A stretch of 64,000 nucleotides of DNA from an uncultured Gammaproteobacteria bacterium (lineage in GTDB: Bacteria > Pseudomonadota > Gammaproteobacteria > Pseudomonadales > IMCC2047). The notes beneath the pieces are model-generated. The model had not been told where the DNA came from. It did no database searches and saw only the letters and a program-made list of their open reading frames with translations. Positions 21,901 to 29,830 of the stretch are shown in pieces. The position numbers and the translations under genes were made by a program. Positions within the stretch are counted from its first letter, which is position 1. Each line of letters begins with the position of its first letter. Location: positions 400,104 to 464,103 of the forward strand of contig CALOEK010000002.1 of assembly GCA_942492345.1 (NCBI GenBank). The letters are read 5' to 3'.

Positions 21901-23541
21901 GCCCCAATTACCGGTATAGGTCGATATTGAGCTGCCGGTATTTAAGGTGACAGCAACGCCGTCCACGAAAATCTGCCGAGTTTTTGCTGCGGCGTCATGA
22001 ACGGCGGCGACAAAATGCCAGGTGTTTTGACCAATAACAGCGCTTTGGGTGTCGACAATAACGGGTGAGACTGAGCGTGAAAAGAAACGTAGTTTGCCGT
22101 TACCGCCATCACCTAAACTAAAGGCAAAACCGCCATTATTGCTTTCATCATCGACAAAAATACGTTGATCATTGCCCAGGTCTCTGGCGTTGATCCATCC
22201 GGCAATGGTAAAGCTGCCTGATAAATTTGGGAGGGATGCTGGCAGTTCAATATAGTCGTTTGAACCATCAAAATCACCGTAACCGCAGGTGCCGGGGTTG
22301 CCGGTAAGGGCAGGGGCGGTGTCAGTGTTTGTGAGGCCGTTAATGGCGGTTGCATTATGGCCGTTGCCCGTGGCGTCGTTAATTTCTCCGGTTGTTCCGC
22401 CCCAAAGCAGTTCATTCATCCGCCATTCGGCAATTAGGCTAGGGCAACTGCGGGCTGAACCATCCCAACCATTGCCGGCTGATTGGTTATTGTAGATGGC
22501 GGTTATTTCAGCTTGCGATAGTACGCTTTTAAAAATTAATGGCTCGTCGACAAGGCCTTCCCAATCCTGATTGATATCAAAATTTCCGCCAAGTCTGTCC
22601 TGTTCTTGACCGATAATTAAACCGCCAGCGGCAACACTCAAGGCCTGGCTGGTTTTTGTAGAACAGCCTTGCAGCACACCATCAATATAGAAACAGTTTT
22701 GAGTGCCATTCCTCGTCCAGGTGAAATGGTGCCAACTATTGTCGGCAATATTGGTAATACTAATGCTGCCAGAGCTGTTGCCCTTCAAGAAGGGTGTGAA
22801 GGTGGATGCGTTTGGAAACCACATGATAAGTTCATTATGTTGTGATCCGCTGGATGCAGAAAACAATGCTTGGCTACCGGTGTTCGATGTTTTACCCCAA
22901 ACCGAAATGGAGAAATCGGTAACGTTGTTTAAGGCGCTGCTATCCATCGATAGATAGTCGGAAGTTGAGTTAGAGCTTAAATCGCCAGCTTTACAGACTT
23001 GGCCGTTGACAGTGGAAGCGTTGAAGGCGGTTCCATGATGGCCGCCTATTGAGTCTTTGACTTCATTCGCAGAGCCGTTCCAGCTTGATTCATCGAGGCG
23101 CCACTCACTTCTGGGGGTGGGGGAAGTTGCCCAAGAAGCGGTAAAGCCGGCTCGATTGCCTCCGGGATTGCTGGTGAATCGGAGGAACATTACGCCGGAC
23201 GTTGCAATAACATTTGAGGGCAAAGAATTGCCTGTTATTGTGGTCAGTAAGGGGGCGGAAGCATTTGTACCGTCGTAAATCCTCAGCAGATCAGCATTTT
23301 GAATATCAAGCTGGGAAAAACTGAGTGTAAGAGTGCCGCCGCCCGTTGGCTGAATTAAAAAGCTACAGTCTTCGCTATTACTATAATTGCCGCCTGCGCC
23401 GCCCGAATCGTATAACGTTCCAGTGGTGGCGCTTGTAGTTTTTGGCGATGGGCTACAAAAAGTATCGGCACGGCCTGTGGTTGAGGCGATGATCAGTGCG
23501 AAAAACAGCATGATTGTCAGTAGGCGAGGAAGGTTTATCAT
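18916..23541 (-). CDS. 1541-aa exported protein: signal peptide, CUB-like domain, three LamG (laminin-G_3) modules and a long Asn/Ser/Thr-rich MshQ-like C-terminal region
   Basis: Uninterrupted ORF. The N-terminus MINLPRLLTIMLFFALIIASTTGRA is a signal peptide. Residues about 29-137 fit the CUB pattern (C..G.L.S....NY....C.F.I......L.L.F..LD.....D.L.IYDG......L....G.........S....F..F.S......GF.A.W). The LamG modules begin EWR[LMF][DN]E..W.G at about aa 146, 371 and 607. Confidence 0.85.
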   Translation of the reverse strand: MINLPRLLTIMLFFALIIASTTGRADTFCSPSPKTTSATTGTLYDSGGAGGNYSNSEDCSFLIQPTGGGTLTLSFSQLDIQNADLLRIYDGTNASAPLLTTITGNSLPSNVIATSGVMFLRFTSNPGGNRAGFTASWATSPTPRSEWRLDESSWNGSANEVKDSIGGHHGTAFNASTVNGQVCKAGDLSSNSTSDYLSMDSSALNNVTDFSISVWGKTSNTGSQALFSASSGSQHNELIMWFPNASTFTPFLKGNSSGSISITNIADNSWHHFTWTRNGTQNCFYIDGVLQGCSTKTSQALSVAAGGLIIGQEQDRLGGNFDINQDWEGLVDEPLIFKSVLSQAEITAIYNNQSAGNGWDGSARSCPSLIAEWRMNELLWGGTTGEINDATGNGHNATAINGLTNTDTAPALTGNPGTCGYGDFDGSNDYIELPASLPNLSGSFTIAGWINARDLGNDQRIFVDDESNNGGFAFSLGDGGNGKLRFFSRSVSPVIVDTQSAVIGQNTWHFVAAVHDAAAKTRQIFVDGVAVTLNTGSSISTYTGNWGNDSGRASIGGETNNAGSEATANWRFNGLIDQITVHQGALSGAEISQLMNERQPCPGIPRAEWRFDEASWNGTANEILDSSPNNYHGTAFNSTPTTGLVCNAADLTTNSTSDYLSLNNGAFNGVSDFTLSLWGKTAAGGAQTMVSGSTGFQHNELIMFFPNASTFSSYLKGSNSGGSTSIPNMSDNQWHHYVWTRSGSQNCLYRDGVLQGCNTRSSATLNIAAGGLIIGQEQDSLGGGFAVNQDWEGLIDEMIVFDGALTIPEIQSIYNNNLAGNNWNGAPRNCGAALDHLSLNHSGSAFTCAAEPVDVIAHRSDHMIDTSYRQTINLSTSTNRGDWSLISGNGTLNNATANDGAASYTFVASDNGSVRLGLKNTAIETLNINVSDGSISETSGTALTSEDQNLSFNETGFRFLADNTPNAIGVQISGKDSNTGPGAQTLELQAIRTSPITGACEAALVNNNNIDLAFECLNPSSCTSSSVAINGTDIGANNNGPISTYLPVALDFGNATDTTATFKFNYPDAGQIRLHARYNIPLGNGSASGNFMTGTSNSFVVKPAGLCVEATEINSSCSSGDASCSTFKKAGEAFNLRISAVGWQTSGEIHADFCTGNSITPNFQLNGITLASNLVAPTPGTNASLGITGFNVAAADNGIHNIANQSVSEVGAFTLTATPPSYLGETIAASTSANIGRFYPDHFTVSNGLVTEACNAGGFSYLGQNFTASYLLTAKNTAGVSTTNYRDDFIRLDTSATPALGSIDFGAIDNSGPTLLSGRLTPVNTSSFSWNNNGTGTITSTLNLARLDTGTPGNSIADGPFTAQIGVLPTDEDLVTVSVSDRNLDTNNSAPNDHVLVGSSTQRFGRIVLDNAFGPEVLDLKVPLRAEYWDGLAFITNTIDSACPGSQFVVSDFTISDADGTDSLTPANLPSVTYQPLVMGTASLTLGAPNKSGPLNINLNVPDWLKYDFDGNASDDTPTAQAFFGQYRGNDRIIYWREQFE

Positions 23542-23614
23542 GATTTGATGGTTTGGTTATTTCGCCTTTTCTTTTACCGTTTTAAACCGGAGTGATGGTG
23601 GCTGTTAATCATAG

Positions 23615-23642
23615 TATAGCTAAGTCAAATGGCTTAGCTATA
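23615..23642 (-). other. perfect 10-bp inverted repeat (hairpin or operator) between the small membrane gene and the giant ORF
   Basis: tatagctaag-tcaaatgg-cttagctata. No U tract follows on the minus strand, so it is not a canonical terminator. Confidence 0.4.
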
Positions 23643-23677
23643 CGGTAAGAAATATTAGAGGTTGGGTGGTGGAGAAG

Positions 23678-24052
23678 TTAGTTGGTGAGTTGCACGCAAG
23701 TTGTGCGGGTTAGAGATAAGAACCCGCCCAGCGCTAATAGCAGGAACGAACAGGCGACCAAAATTGCGACGGGGTAATACAGGTTGCCAGCCAAATCCAG
23801 TTGGCTGTATTTGATAATCATGATTAATGCTTCCAATACCAGCGCAATGCAAACGGTGCCGACAAAACGAGTGACGCTGCGGCGAATGTTCTGGAAAATA
23901 TTTTCGCCTTCTTTCGATGCGGTATATTCCTTGCCGACTCCGATGCCCAGTTCATACATAGCCAGAGCAATGATTAAGGTATTGATGGATTGAATAATTA
24001 GAGTGATCAAATTCCAGTCAGACTTGTTAACCCCACCGATGAACTGCTGCAC
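23678..24052 (-). CDS. small multi-pass membrane protein (weak PsiE-like LE.I.IIKY.Q motif); the true N-terminus is probably upstream in another frame
   Basis: 124-aa ORF with hydrophobic helices. An ATG with an AAGGA SD sits at 24126 in a different frame (see findings). Confidence 0.55.
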   Translation of the reverse strand: MQQFIGGVNKSDWNLITLIIQSINTLIIALAMYELGIGVGKEYTASKEGENIFQNIRRSVTRFVGTVCIALVLEALIMIIKYSQLDLAGNLYYPVAILVACSFLLLALGGFLSLTRTTCVQLTN

Positions 24053-24316
24053 CGAAAGAATGATAAGCGTGATGGAAATAAGGTGGAAAACAGCAAAGCG
24101 ACGCTGGTTTTGTAAGATTTAATCATAAAATATCCTTATCTGAGATATGAGATGGTCAATATCGACCTGTTTAGGGTTAGAGGATTCCCGTCATGCAAAT
24201 AAACAACGACGACAGCAAAACTCTCGCGGCATAAGATTCAATCTGAACGCCCAATCGGGTAGAATGCCTGCCTTTAAAGTAAACCCTAACGAATCAATAG
24301 AGAACCTTGTTCAGCC

Positions 24317-25415
24317 ATGATGGAAACCAACGCAATTACTCAGTCCCTCAAGGATCTTCAGGCGCGTACCGACGTGCTTAGGGGGTATCTTTGACTACGC
24401 TGAGAAACAGGATCGTTTGGAGGAAGTCGAGCGCGAGTTAGAGGATCCTAAAGTTTGGGATGATCCCGAGCGTGCGCAAGCGCTGGGTAAAGAGCGTTCG
24501 CAGTTGGAAGATATCGTTGCCACTATCGATAATTTGAATAGCGGTATTAGTGATGGCCATGAATTGCTGGCCATGGCGATTGAAGAAAGCGATGAAGATA
24601 CTGTCGGCGAAGTGGTTGCCGAAATTGAACAATTGGATGCGTTGCTGGCGAAACTGGAGTTTCGTCGTATGTTTTCCGGCGAGATGGATGCTAATAGCGC
24701 CTTCCTCGATATTCAGGCAGGCTCGGGTGGCACTGAGGCGCAGGATTGGGCAGAGATGATTCTGCGTATGTATCTGCGCTGGGGCGAGCAAAAAGGCTTT
24801 AAGGTCGAGTTAATGGAAGTATCTGCCGGTGATGTGGCGGGTATCAAGGGCGCAACCATCAAGTTTGAAGGTGAATACGCCTTTGGTTGGCTGCGTACGG
24901 AAACGGGTGTGCATCGTTTGGTGCGTAAATCGCCCTTTGATTCGGGTAGTCGCCGTCATACGTCCTTTGCTGCGGTGTTTGTATCGCCAGAAATTGATGA
25001 TAACGTCGAGATTGATATTAACCCTTCGGATCTGCGCATTGATACTTACCGCGCCAGTGGTGCCGGTGGTCAGCATGTCAATAAGACCGATTCAGCGGTG
25101 CGTATTACTCACGAGCCGACTAACACGGTGGTGCAGTGTCAAAATCAGCGCTCCCAGCATCAGAATAAAGATTCTGCGATGAAGCAGCTGCGTGCCAAGC
25201 TCTATGAGTTGGAAATGCAGAAGCGCAGCGACGCGGCGCAGTCGCTGGAGGACAGCAAATCAGATATTGGTTGGGGTAGTCAGATTCGCTCCTACGTGCT
25301 GGACTCCTCCCGTATCAAAGATTTGCGCACTAATGTAGAAACATCCAATACTCAGGCTGTGCTTGACGGCGGTCTGGATCTATTTATTGAAGCCTCGCTG
25401 AAAGCGGGCCTGTAG
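24317..25415 (+). CDS. prfB: peptide chain release factor 2 (programmed +1 frameshift: 24317..24391 joined to 24393..25415)
   Basis: ORF0 is [25 protein letters not shown], then an in-frame TGA. The +1 frame continues [15 protein letters not shown] and GGQ ([11 protein letters not shown]) motifs are present. Confidence 0.95.
24380..24395 (+). promoter_or_regulatory. prfB autoregulatory +1 frameshift site
   Basis: AGGGGG-TAT-CTT-TGA-C: an internal SD-like element 3 nt before the slippery CUU UGA C. Confidence 0.95.
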
Positions 25416-25495
25416 TACTTGTGAATGAGTACTAGTGAGAAGACACAACAATTAGAATTTCAATTATTTAACCTTATAAACGACGTGAATAACTC

Positions 25496-26986
25496 ATGAG
25501 CAACGAACAACAGATTCCACAGGACGAAAATAAACTGATCGCTGAGCGGCGAGCCAAGCTGAATACGCTGCGCGAAGATGCTAGTGCCAATGGTGGCAGT
25601 GCATTTCCCAACAGCTTTCGTCGTGATAGTTACGCCGGCGATTTGCAGGAGGTTTACGCGGACAGCGAGAAAGAAGCGCTGGCTGATCAGGCGAATGTGG
25701 TGGCCGTTGCCGGACGTTTGATTCGTAATCGTGGCGCCTTTATGGAAATTCAGGACATGAGTGGTCGCATTCAGTTATACGTGAACAAAGACGCGCGTCC
25801 TTTTGCGAAAAGTCTGGATCTGGGTGATATCGTTGGCGTGAAAGGCGAGTTACACAAGTCGGGCAAAGGCGATCTGTACGTTGATATGGCGGAATACGAG
25901 CTGCTGACCAAAGCACTGCGTCCATTACCGGATAAACACCACGGTCTGGCTGATCAGGAATTGCGCTATCGCCAGCGTTATGTTGATCTGATCGTTAACG
26001 AAGAATCTCGCAATACGTTTATCGCGCGATCTAAAATCGTTGAAGCGATTCGTCATTATTTGGCCTCGCAGCGTTTCCTGGAAGTTGAAACACCCATGAT
26101 GCAGGTGATTCCTGGTGGTGCGGCAGCCAAGCCGTTTACGACCTATCACAATGCACTGGATATGGAACTGTATCTGCGTATCGCACCGGAACTGTATCTG
26201 AAACGACTGGTTGTTGGTGGTTTTGAGCGCGTGTTCGAAATTAACCGTAATTTTCGTAACGAAGGTTTGTCGACGCGTCATAACCCTGAGTTCACCATGC
26301 TGGAATTCTATCAGGCCTATGCCGATTACAATGATCTGATGAACCTGACGGAAGATATGCTGCGTCATGTTGCGCAGGAAGTACTGGGCACGACAACGCT
26401 TCAGTATCAAGGTTCTGAATATGATTTGGCTAAACCGTTTTTGCGTATGTCTGTGGTGGAGTCAATTCTGCATTACAATCCAACATTGACGGCTGAGGCG
26501 GTGAGTGAGCTGGCTTCTGCCCGCGAAGTCGCCGAAGGTCTGGATATCCCGCTGAAAGACAGCTGGGGTCTAGGTAAAGTGCAGATAGAAATCTTTGAAA
26601 AGACGGTTGAACATCGTTTGGATCAACCAACTTTTATTACGGAATACCCAGCGGAAGTGTCACCATTGGCACGCCGTAGCGATACTGATCATCACGTCAC
26701 TGATCGATTTGAGTTCTTTGTCGGTGGTCGTGAAATTGCTAACGGTTTCTCCGAGTTGAATGATGCCGAAGATCAGGCGGAGCGTTTCCGCGCACAAGTA
26801 TCAGAGAAGGATGCGGGTGATGATGAGGCCATGCATTATGATGAAGATTACATCACTGCGCTGGAATACGGTCTGCCACCAACTGCTGGTGAAGGCATTG
26901 GTATTGATCGTCTGGTGATGTTGTTTACCGATTCGCCATCGATTCGTGATGTGCTGTTATTCCCGCACATGCGTCCTAGCAGCTAG
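25496..26986 (+). CDS. lysS: lysine--tRNA ligase (class II)
   Basis: 496 aa with an OB anticodon domain and class II motifs (FRNEG, GLGIDRLVM-type [10 protein letters not shown]). prfB-lysS linkage is conserved. Confidence 0.97.
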   Translation: MSNEQQIPQDENKLIAERRAKLNTLREDASANGGSAFPNSFRRDSYAGDLQEVYADSEKEALADQANVVAVAGRLIRNRGAFMEIQDMSGRIQLYVNKDARPFAKSLDLGDIVGVKGELHKSGKGDLYVDMAEYELLTKALRPLPDKHHGLADQELRYRQRYVDLIVNEESRNTFIARSKIVEAIRHYLASQRFLEVETPMMQVIPGGAAAKPFTTYHNALDMELYLRIAPELYLKRLVVGGFERVFEINRNFRNEGLSTRHNPEFTMLEFYQAYADYNDLMNLTEDMLRHVAQEVLGTTTLQYQGSEYDLAKPFLRMSVVESILHYNPTLTAEAVSELASAREVAEGLDIPLKDSWGLGKVQIEIFEKTVEHRLDQPTFITEYPAEVSPLARRSDTDHHVTDRFEFFVGGREIANGFSELNDAEDQAERFRAQVSEKDAGDDEAMHYDEDYITALEYGLPPTAGEGIGIDRLVMLFTDSPSIRDVLLFPHMRPSS

Positions 26987-27011
26987 CAGCTAGCAATAAG
27001 CTGTTAAGCAG

Positions 27012-27776
27012 ATGAAGCAGGCTGAGCTGGGTTTAGGTTGTGAAGCGCAGTCTGACGAGGCTTGTCTTGATAAGGCCGCGGCCGAAGGCGTCGTCGCTCA
27101 TGCCATTCAGTCGCTTCATGCTTCATGGCAACCTCATTTAGGCGATGAGTTAGACAAAGATTATATGCGCGATTTGCGCACTTTTCTGGTTAATGAAAAA
27201 CAGGCGGGTAAAATACTTTATCCGCCAATGTCTCAAGTGTTTAACGCTTTTGAGTTGACGCCCTTTGATCAGGTCAAGGTGGTGATTTTGGGGCAGGACC
27301 CCTACCATGGACCGGGTCAGGCGCATGGTCTGTGTTTTTCTGTCCAAGCCGGTGTGCGTCCGCCGCCGTCGCTTAAAAATATCTTCAAAGAAATTAGCGC
27401 TGAGCTCGGTATTGAGTTTGCGGCGAACGGCTGTCTGACACCCTGGGCTAAGCAGGGTGTTTTATTGCTCAATTCTGTTCTCACGGTTGAACACAATCAT
27501 GCGGGTTCACATCAAGGCAAGGGTTGGGAATCTTTTACCGATCGCGCAATTGAGGTCTTGAATGAGCGGCATGAGGGCTTGGTGTTTTTACTGTGGGGGA
27601 AATATGCGCAGGATAAAGCCGTGGTCATTGATTGTTCCAGGCATCTTGTTTTGACCTCGCCACACCCCTCTCCCTTTTCCGCACATCGTGGTTTTCTGGG
27701 TAATGGTCATTTTGTTAGAGCTAATGATTATTTGCTGGCTCAGGGGAAGGCACCTGTTGATTGGCGTTTAAGCTGA
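27012..27776 (+). CDS. ung: uracil-DNA glycosylase (family 1), with an N-terminal extension of about 30 aa
   Basis: [22 protein letters not shown] and HPSPFSA motifs. The start is uncertain. Confidence 0.9.
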   Translation: MKQAELGLGCEAQSDEACLDKAAAEGVVAHAIQSLHASWQPHLGDELDKDYMRDLRTFLVNEKQAGKILYPPMSQVFNAFELTPFDQVKVVILGQDPYHGPGQAHGLCFSVQAGVRPPPSLKNIFKEISAELGIEFAANGCLTPWAKQGVLLLNSVLTVEHNHAGSHQGKGWESFTDRAIEVLNERHEGLVFLLWGKYAQDKAVVIDCSRHLVLTSPHPSPFSAHRGFLGNGHFVRANDYLLAQGKAPVDWRLS

Positions 27777-27779
27777 GGT

Positions 27780-28406
27780 TTAATGCAATTGGGCGTAAAT
27801 CTCGATGCCGATAATGCCGTCAATCAAGTTGGTGTTGCTGAAGGGGTCGATAGGTTTTGCCGTATAGGGATAAACAAATGGGTTGTAGAGCTCGCACCAC
27901 TTTTCGATGCGGGTAATATCATCTTCTTCCAGTGCGTAACGCAGATCCTCGGCCAATTCCACAGGCCATAATCCAAATTCCGGATGTTTTCGACCATTAC
28001 AGCTTACGTAAGCCATATCGGCACCGTGGGTTTGAACTGCTGTGAGTAATTCCTTAACCATGGTTTCGGGAATTAGTGGTGATCTGGTGGCAAAGGAGGC
28101 TATCCATTCGCACTCGGGCATATGTTCATGGGCCCATTCCATCGCGGTGAGAATGCCGGATAGTACTCCCGGGTGATCATTGATAGCGTCGGGTACGATC
28201 GGTAAATTAACATCATGAAAGCGGGTAGGGTCGCCATTGGCGTTGAGGATCAGGTTACTAACCTGGGGGCTGGCATGCTCAATGATGTGACTGAGTATCG
28301 ATTTGCCCATGAGCTTTTTCAAACAACGCTCGGTATGAGCGACGCGGCAGATAGAGGTGTTTGCTAACAGTACTCCGAGGACCTGTGGTTGAGATTGCAC
28401 TTTCAT
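27780..28406 (-). CDS. MobA-like NTP-transferase fold protein with degenerate nucleotide-binding motifs
   Basis: Colinear with molybdenum cofactor guanylyltransferase (LILNANGD, DHPGVLSGILTAM). However, LAGGxxxRMG reads LANTSICRVA and CDTP reads ATRSP. Confidence 0.6.
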   Translation of the reverse strand: MKVQSQPQVLGVLLANTSICRVAHTERCLKKLMGKSILSHIIEHASPQVSNLILNANGDPTRFHDVNLPIVPDAINDHPGVLSGILTAMEWAHEHMPECEWIASFATRSPLIPETMVKELLTAVQTHGADMAYVSCNGRKHPEFGLWPVELAEDLRYALEEDDITRIEKWCELYNPFVYPYTAKPIDPFSNTNLIDGIIGIEIYAQLH

Positions 28407-28745
28407 TGTCTGACCCCTTATGACGCTTCTATAGATATTAGTGTCGGGTTGAGTGCTAGACCATGTGGCGATTCCCTGCCTTTTAAAATCTGTCTGAAAG
28501 ACGTTACAAAATTATGGTTTATATTTTCTCCTTTATGCAAATATTAATGATGCGCTATTTGCATGATTAATTGGATTATAAATCTGGTAAATATCGAGGC
28601 GTAAAATTAGCACTAGTGAAATTGCCTGATTACGAGTATTATTTCCCAGTTTTTTGCTGAGCTGTCGCACATTTTTTATGTAGGCGGTTATGGGCCGGCG
28701 GCCCGATAAAGATTCAACCCGACTAAATATAGGTAGATTACACAC

Positions 28746-29642
28746 ATGGCAACGATTATTGATGGTAAGGCTTTTGCAGCCAAACTGCGTGAAAAAGTTA
28801 AAGGATTGTCTGATGAGCTGAAAGCCAGCCACAACGTTACGCCAGGTCTGGCAGTTGTGATTGTTGGTGAAGATCCAGCGAGCCAGGTTTACGTACGCAG
28901 CAAAGGCAAGCAAGCAACTGAAGTTGGTTTCAACTCCTACGAGCACAAATTGCCTGCAACAACTGAACGTGATGAATTGGTTGCACTGATTGATAGCCTG
29001 AATGCCGATGATAACGTTCACGGTATCCTGGTTCAGCTGCCTCTGCCTAAGCACATTGGTGAAGAAGAAATTATCAACCGTATCGACGCGTCTAAAGACG
29101 TTGACGGTTTCCACATTATTAACTCTGGCCTGCTGGCTACTGGCGGTAAAGGTTTCGTACCTTGCACCCCTCTGGGTTGTACGATGCTGCTGAAAGATCA
29201 CCTGGGTGATCTGTCCGGCCTGAACGCGGTTGTTGTGGGTCGTTCCAACATCGTTGGTAAACCAATGTCTTCTTTGCTGCTGCAAGAAAGCTGCACAGTA
29301 ACGGTTGCACACTCTCGCACTAAAGATCTGCCAAGCGTTGTTCGCCAGGCCGACATTGTAGTTGCTGCGGTTGGTCGCCCTGAAATGGTTAAAGGCGACT
29401 GGATCAAGCCGGGCGCAACGGTTATTGATGTGGGCATTAACCGTATCGAAGTTGAAGTGGATGGCGAAACGAAGACTCGCTTGGTTGGTGACGTTGAATT
29501 TGATTCGGCTGAAAAAGTTGCTGGCGCAATCACCCCTGTTCCAGGTGGTGTTGGCCCAATGACCATTGCGTGCTTGTTATATAACACACTGCAATCTGCT
29601 TATCGTCGTGTTGGTATCGAACTGCCAGACGATCGCGTATAA
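28746..29642 (+). CDS. folD: bifunctional methylenetetrahydrofolate dehydrogenase / methenyl-THF cyclohydrolase
   Basis: 298 aa with [22 protein letters not shown] and [10 protein letters not shown] motifs. Confidence 0.96.
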   Translation: MATIIDGKAFAAKLREKVKGLSDELKASHNVTPGLAVVIVGEDPASQVYVRSKGKQATEVGFNSYEHKLPATTERDELVALIDSLNADDNVHGILVQLPLPKHIGEEEIINRIDASKDVDGFHIINSGLLATGGKGFVPCTPLGCTMLLKDHLGDLSGLNAVVVGRSNIVGKPMSSLLLQESCTVTVAHSRTKDLPSVVRQADIVVAAVGRPEMVKGDWIKPGATVIDVGINRIEVEVDGETKTRLVGDVEFDSAEKVAGAITPVPGGVGPMTIACLLYNTLQSAYRRVGIELPDDRV

Positions 29643-29673
29643 CTCGTTAAGAGTTAAGCGATAGCTTATAAAA

Positions 29674-29701
29674 AGCCCGGCTAATTAGCCGGGCTTTTTT
29701 G
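29674..29701 (+). terminator. intrinsic terminator after folD
   Basis: agcccggctaa/ttagccgggct palindrome followed by a T6 run. Confidence 0.85.
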
Positions 29702-29732
29702 TTTGTATTCGTTGCCGAAACAACAAGTAAAA

Positions 29733-29768
29733 AGGCCCGGCTGTCGAAACCAACAGGCGGGCCTTTTT
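29733..29768. terminator. second hairpin, probably bidirectional (serves the convergent HDOD gene)
   Basis: aggcccg...cgggcct stem flanked by AAAA on the left and TTTTT on the right. Confidence 0.65.
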
Positions 29769-29830
29769 GATGCTTGCTATAAAATAGACAGTGCTTGGTT
29801 AAAGCGCGCTGGCCTTTCTCTTGGAGGTTA

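Noticed and set aside
23542-23677. Possible c-di-GMP (GEMM) riboswitch upstream of the giant LamG protein, given the adjacent GGDEF gene.
   Set aside because: The minus-strand leader lacks the conserved GCAAA tetraloop/receptor and paired P1a/P1b signature as I remember it. Only a simple 10-bp hairpin is present.
17787-24126. Calling the recJ-prfB insert a horizontally acquired genomic island.
   Set aside because: No integrase, tRNA/tmRNA attachment site, flanking direct repeats or obvious compositional break is visible by eye. Only the synteny argument remains, so it is reported as an accessory-looking module and not as a mobile element.
25925-26410. 161-aa ORF antisense to lysS, together with the similar antisense ORFs at 11079-11594 (trmD), 16192-16584 (recJ) and 36326-36727 (rseB).
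   Set aside because: All sit opposite highly conserved housekeeping genes. Their translations are R/Q/H-rich, as expected from reverse-complement codon bias.
28407-28534. Possible Moco riboswitch in the leader of the mobA-like gene.
   Set aside because: The leader is short and AT-rich. It has none of the conserved GC-rich Moco-motif helices.
28533-29312. 259-aa ORF antisense to folD, extending into the upstream intergenic region.
   Set aside because: It lies fully opposite a strongly supported folD reading frame. The translation is low-complexity (Q/R/N/F-rich), with no SD and no motif. It is a typical shadow ORF.
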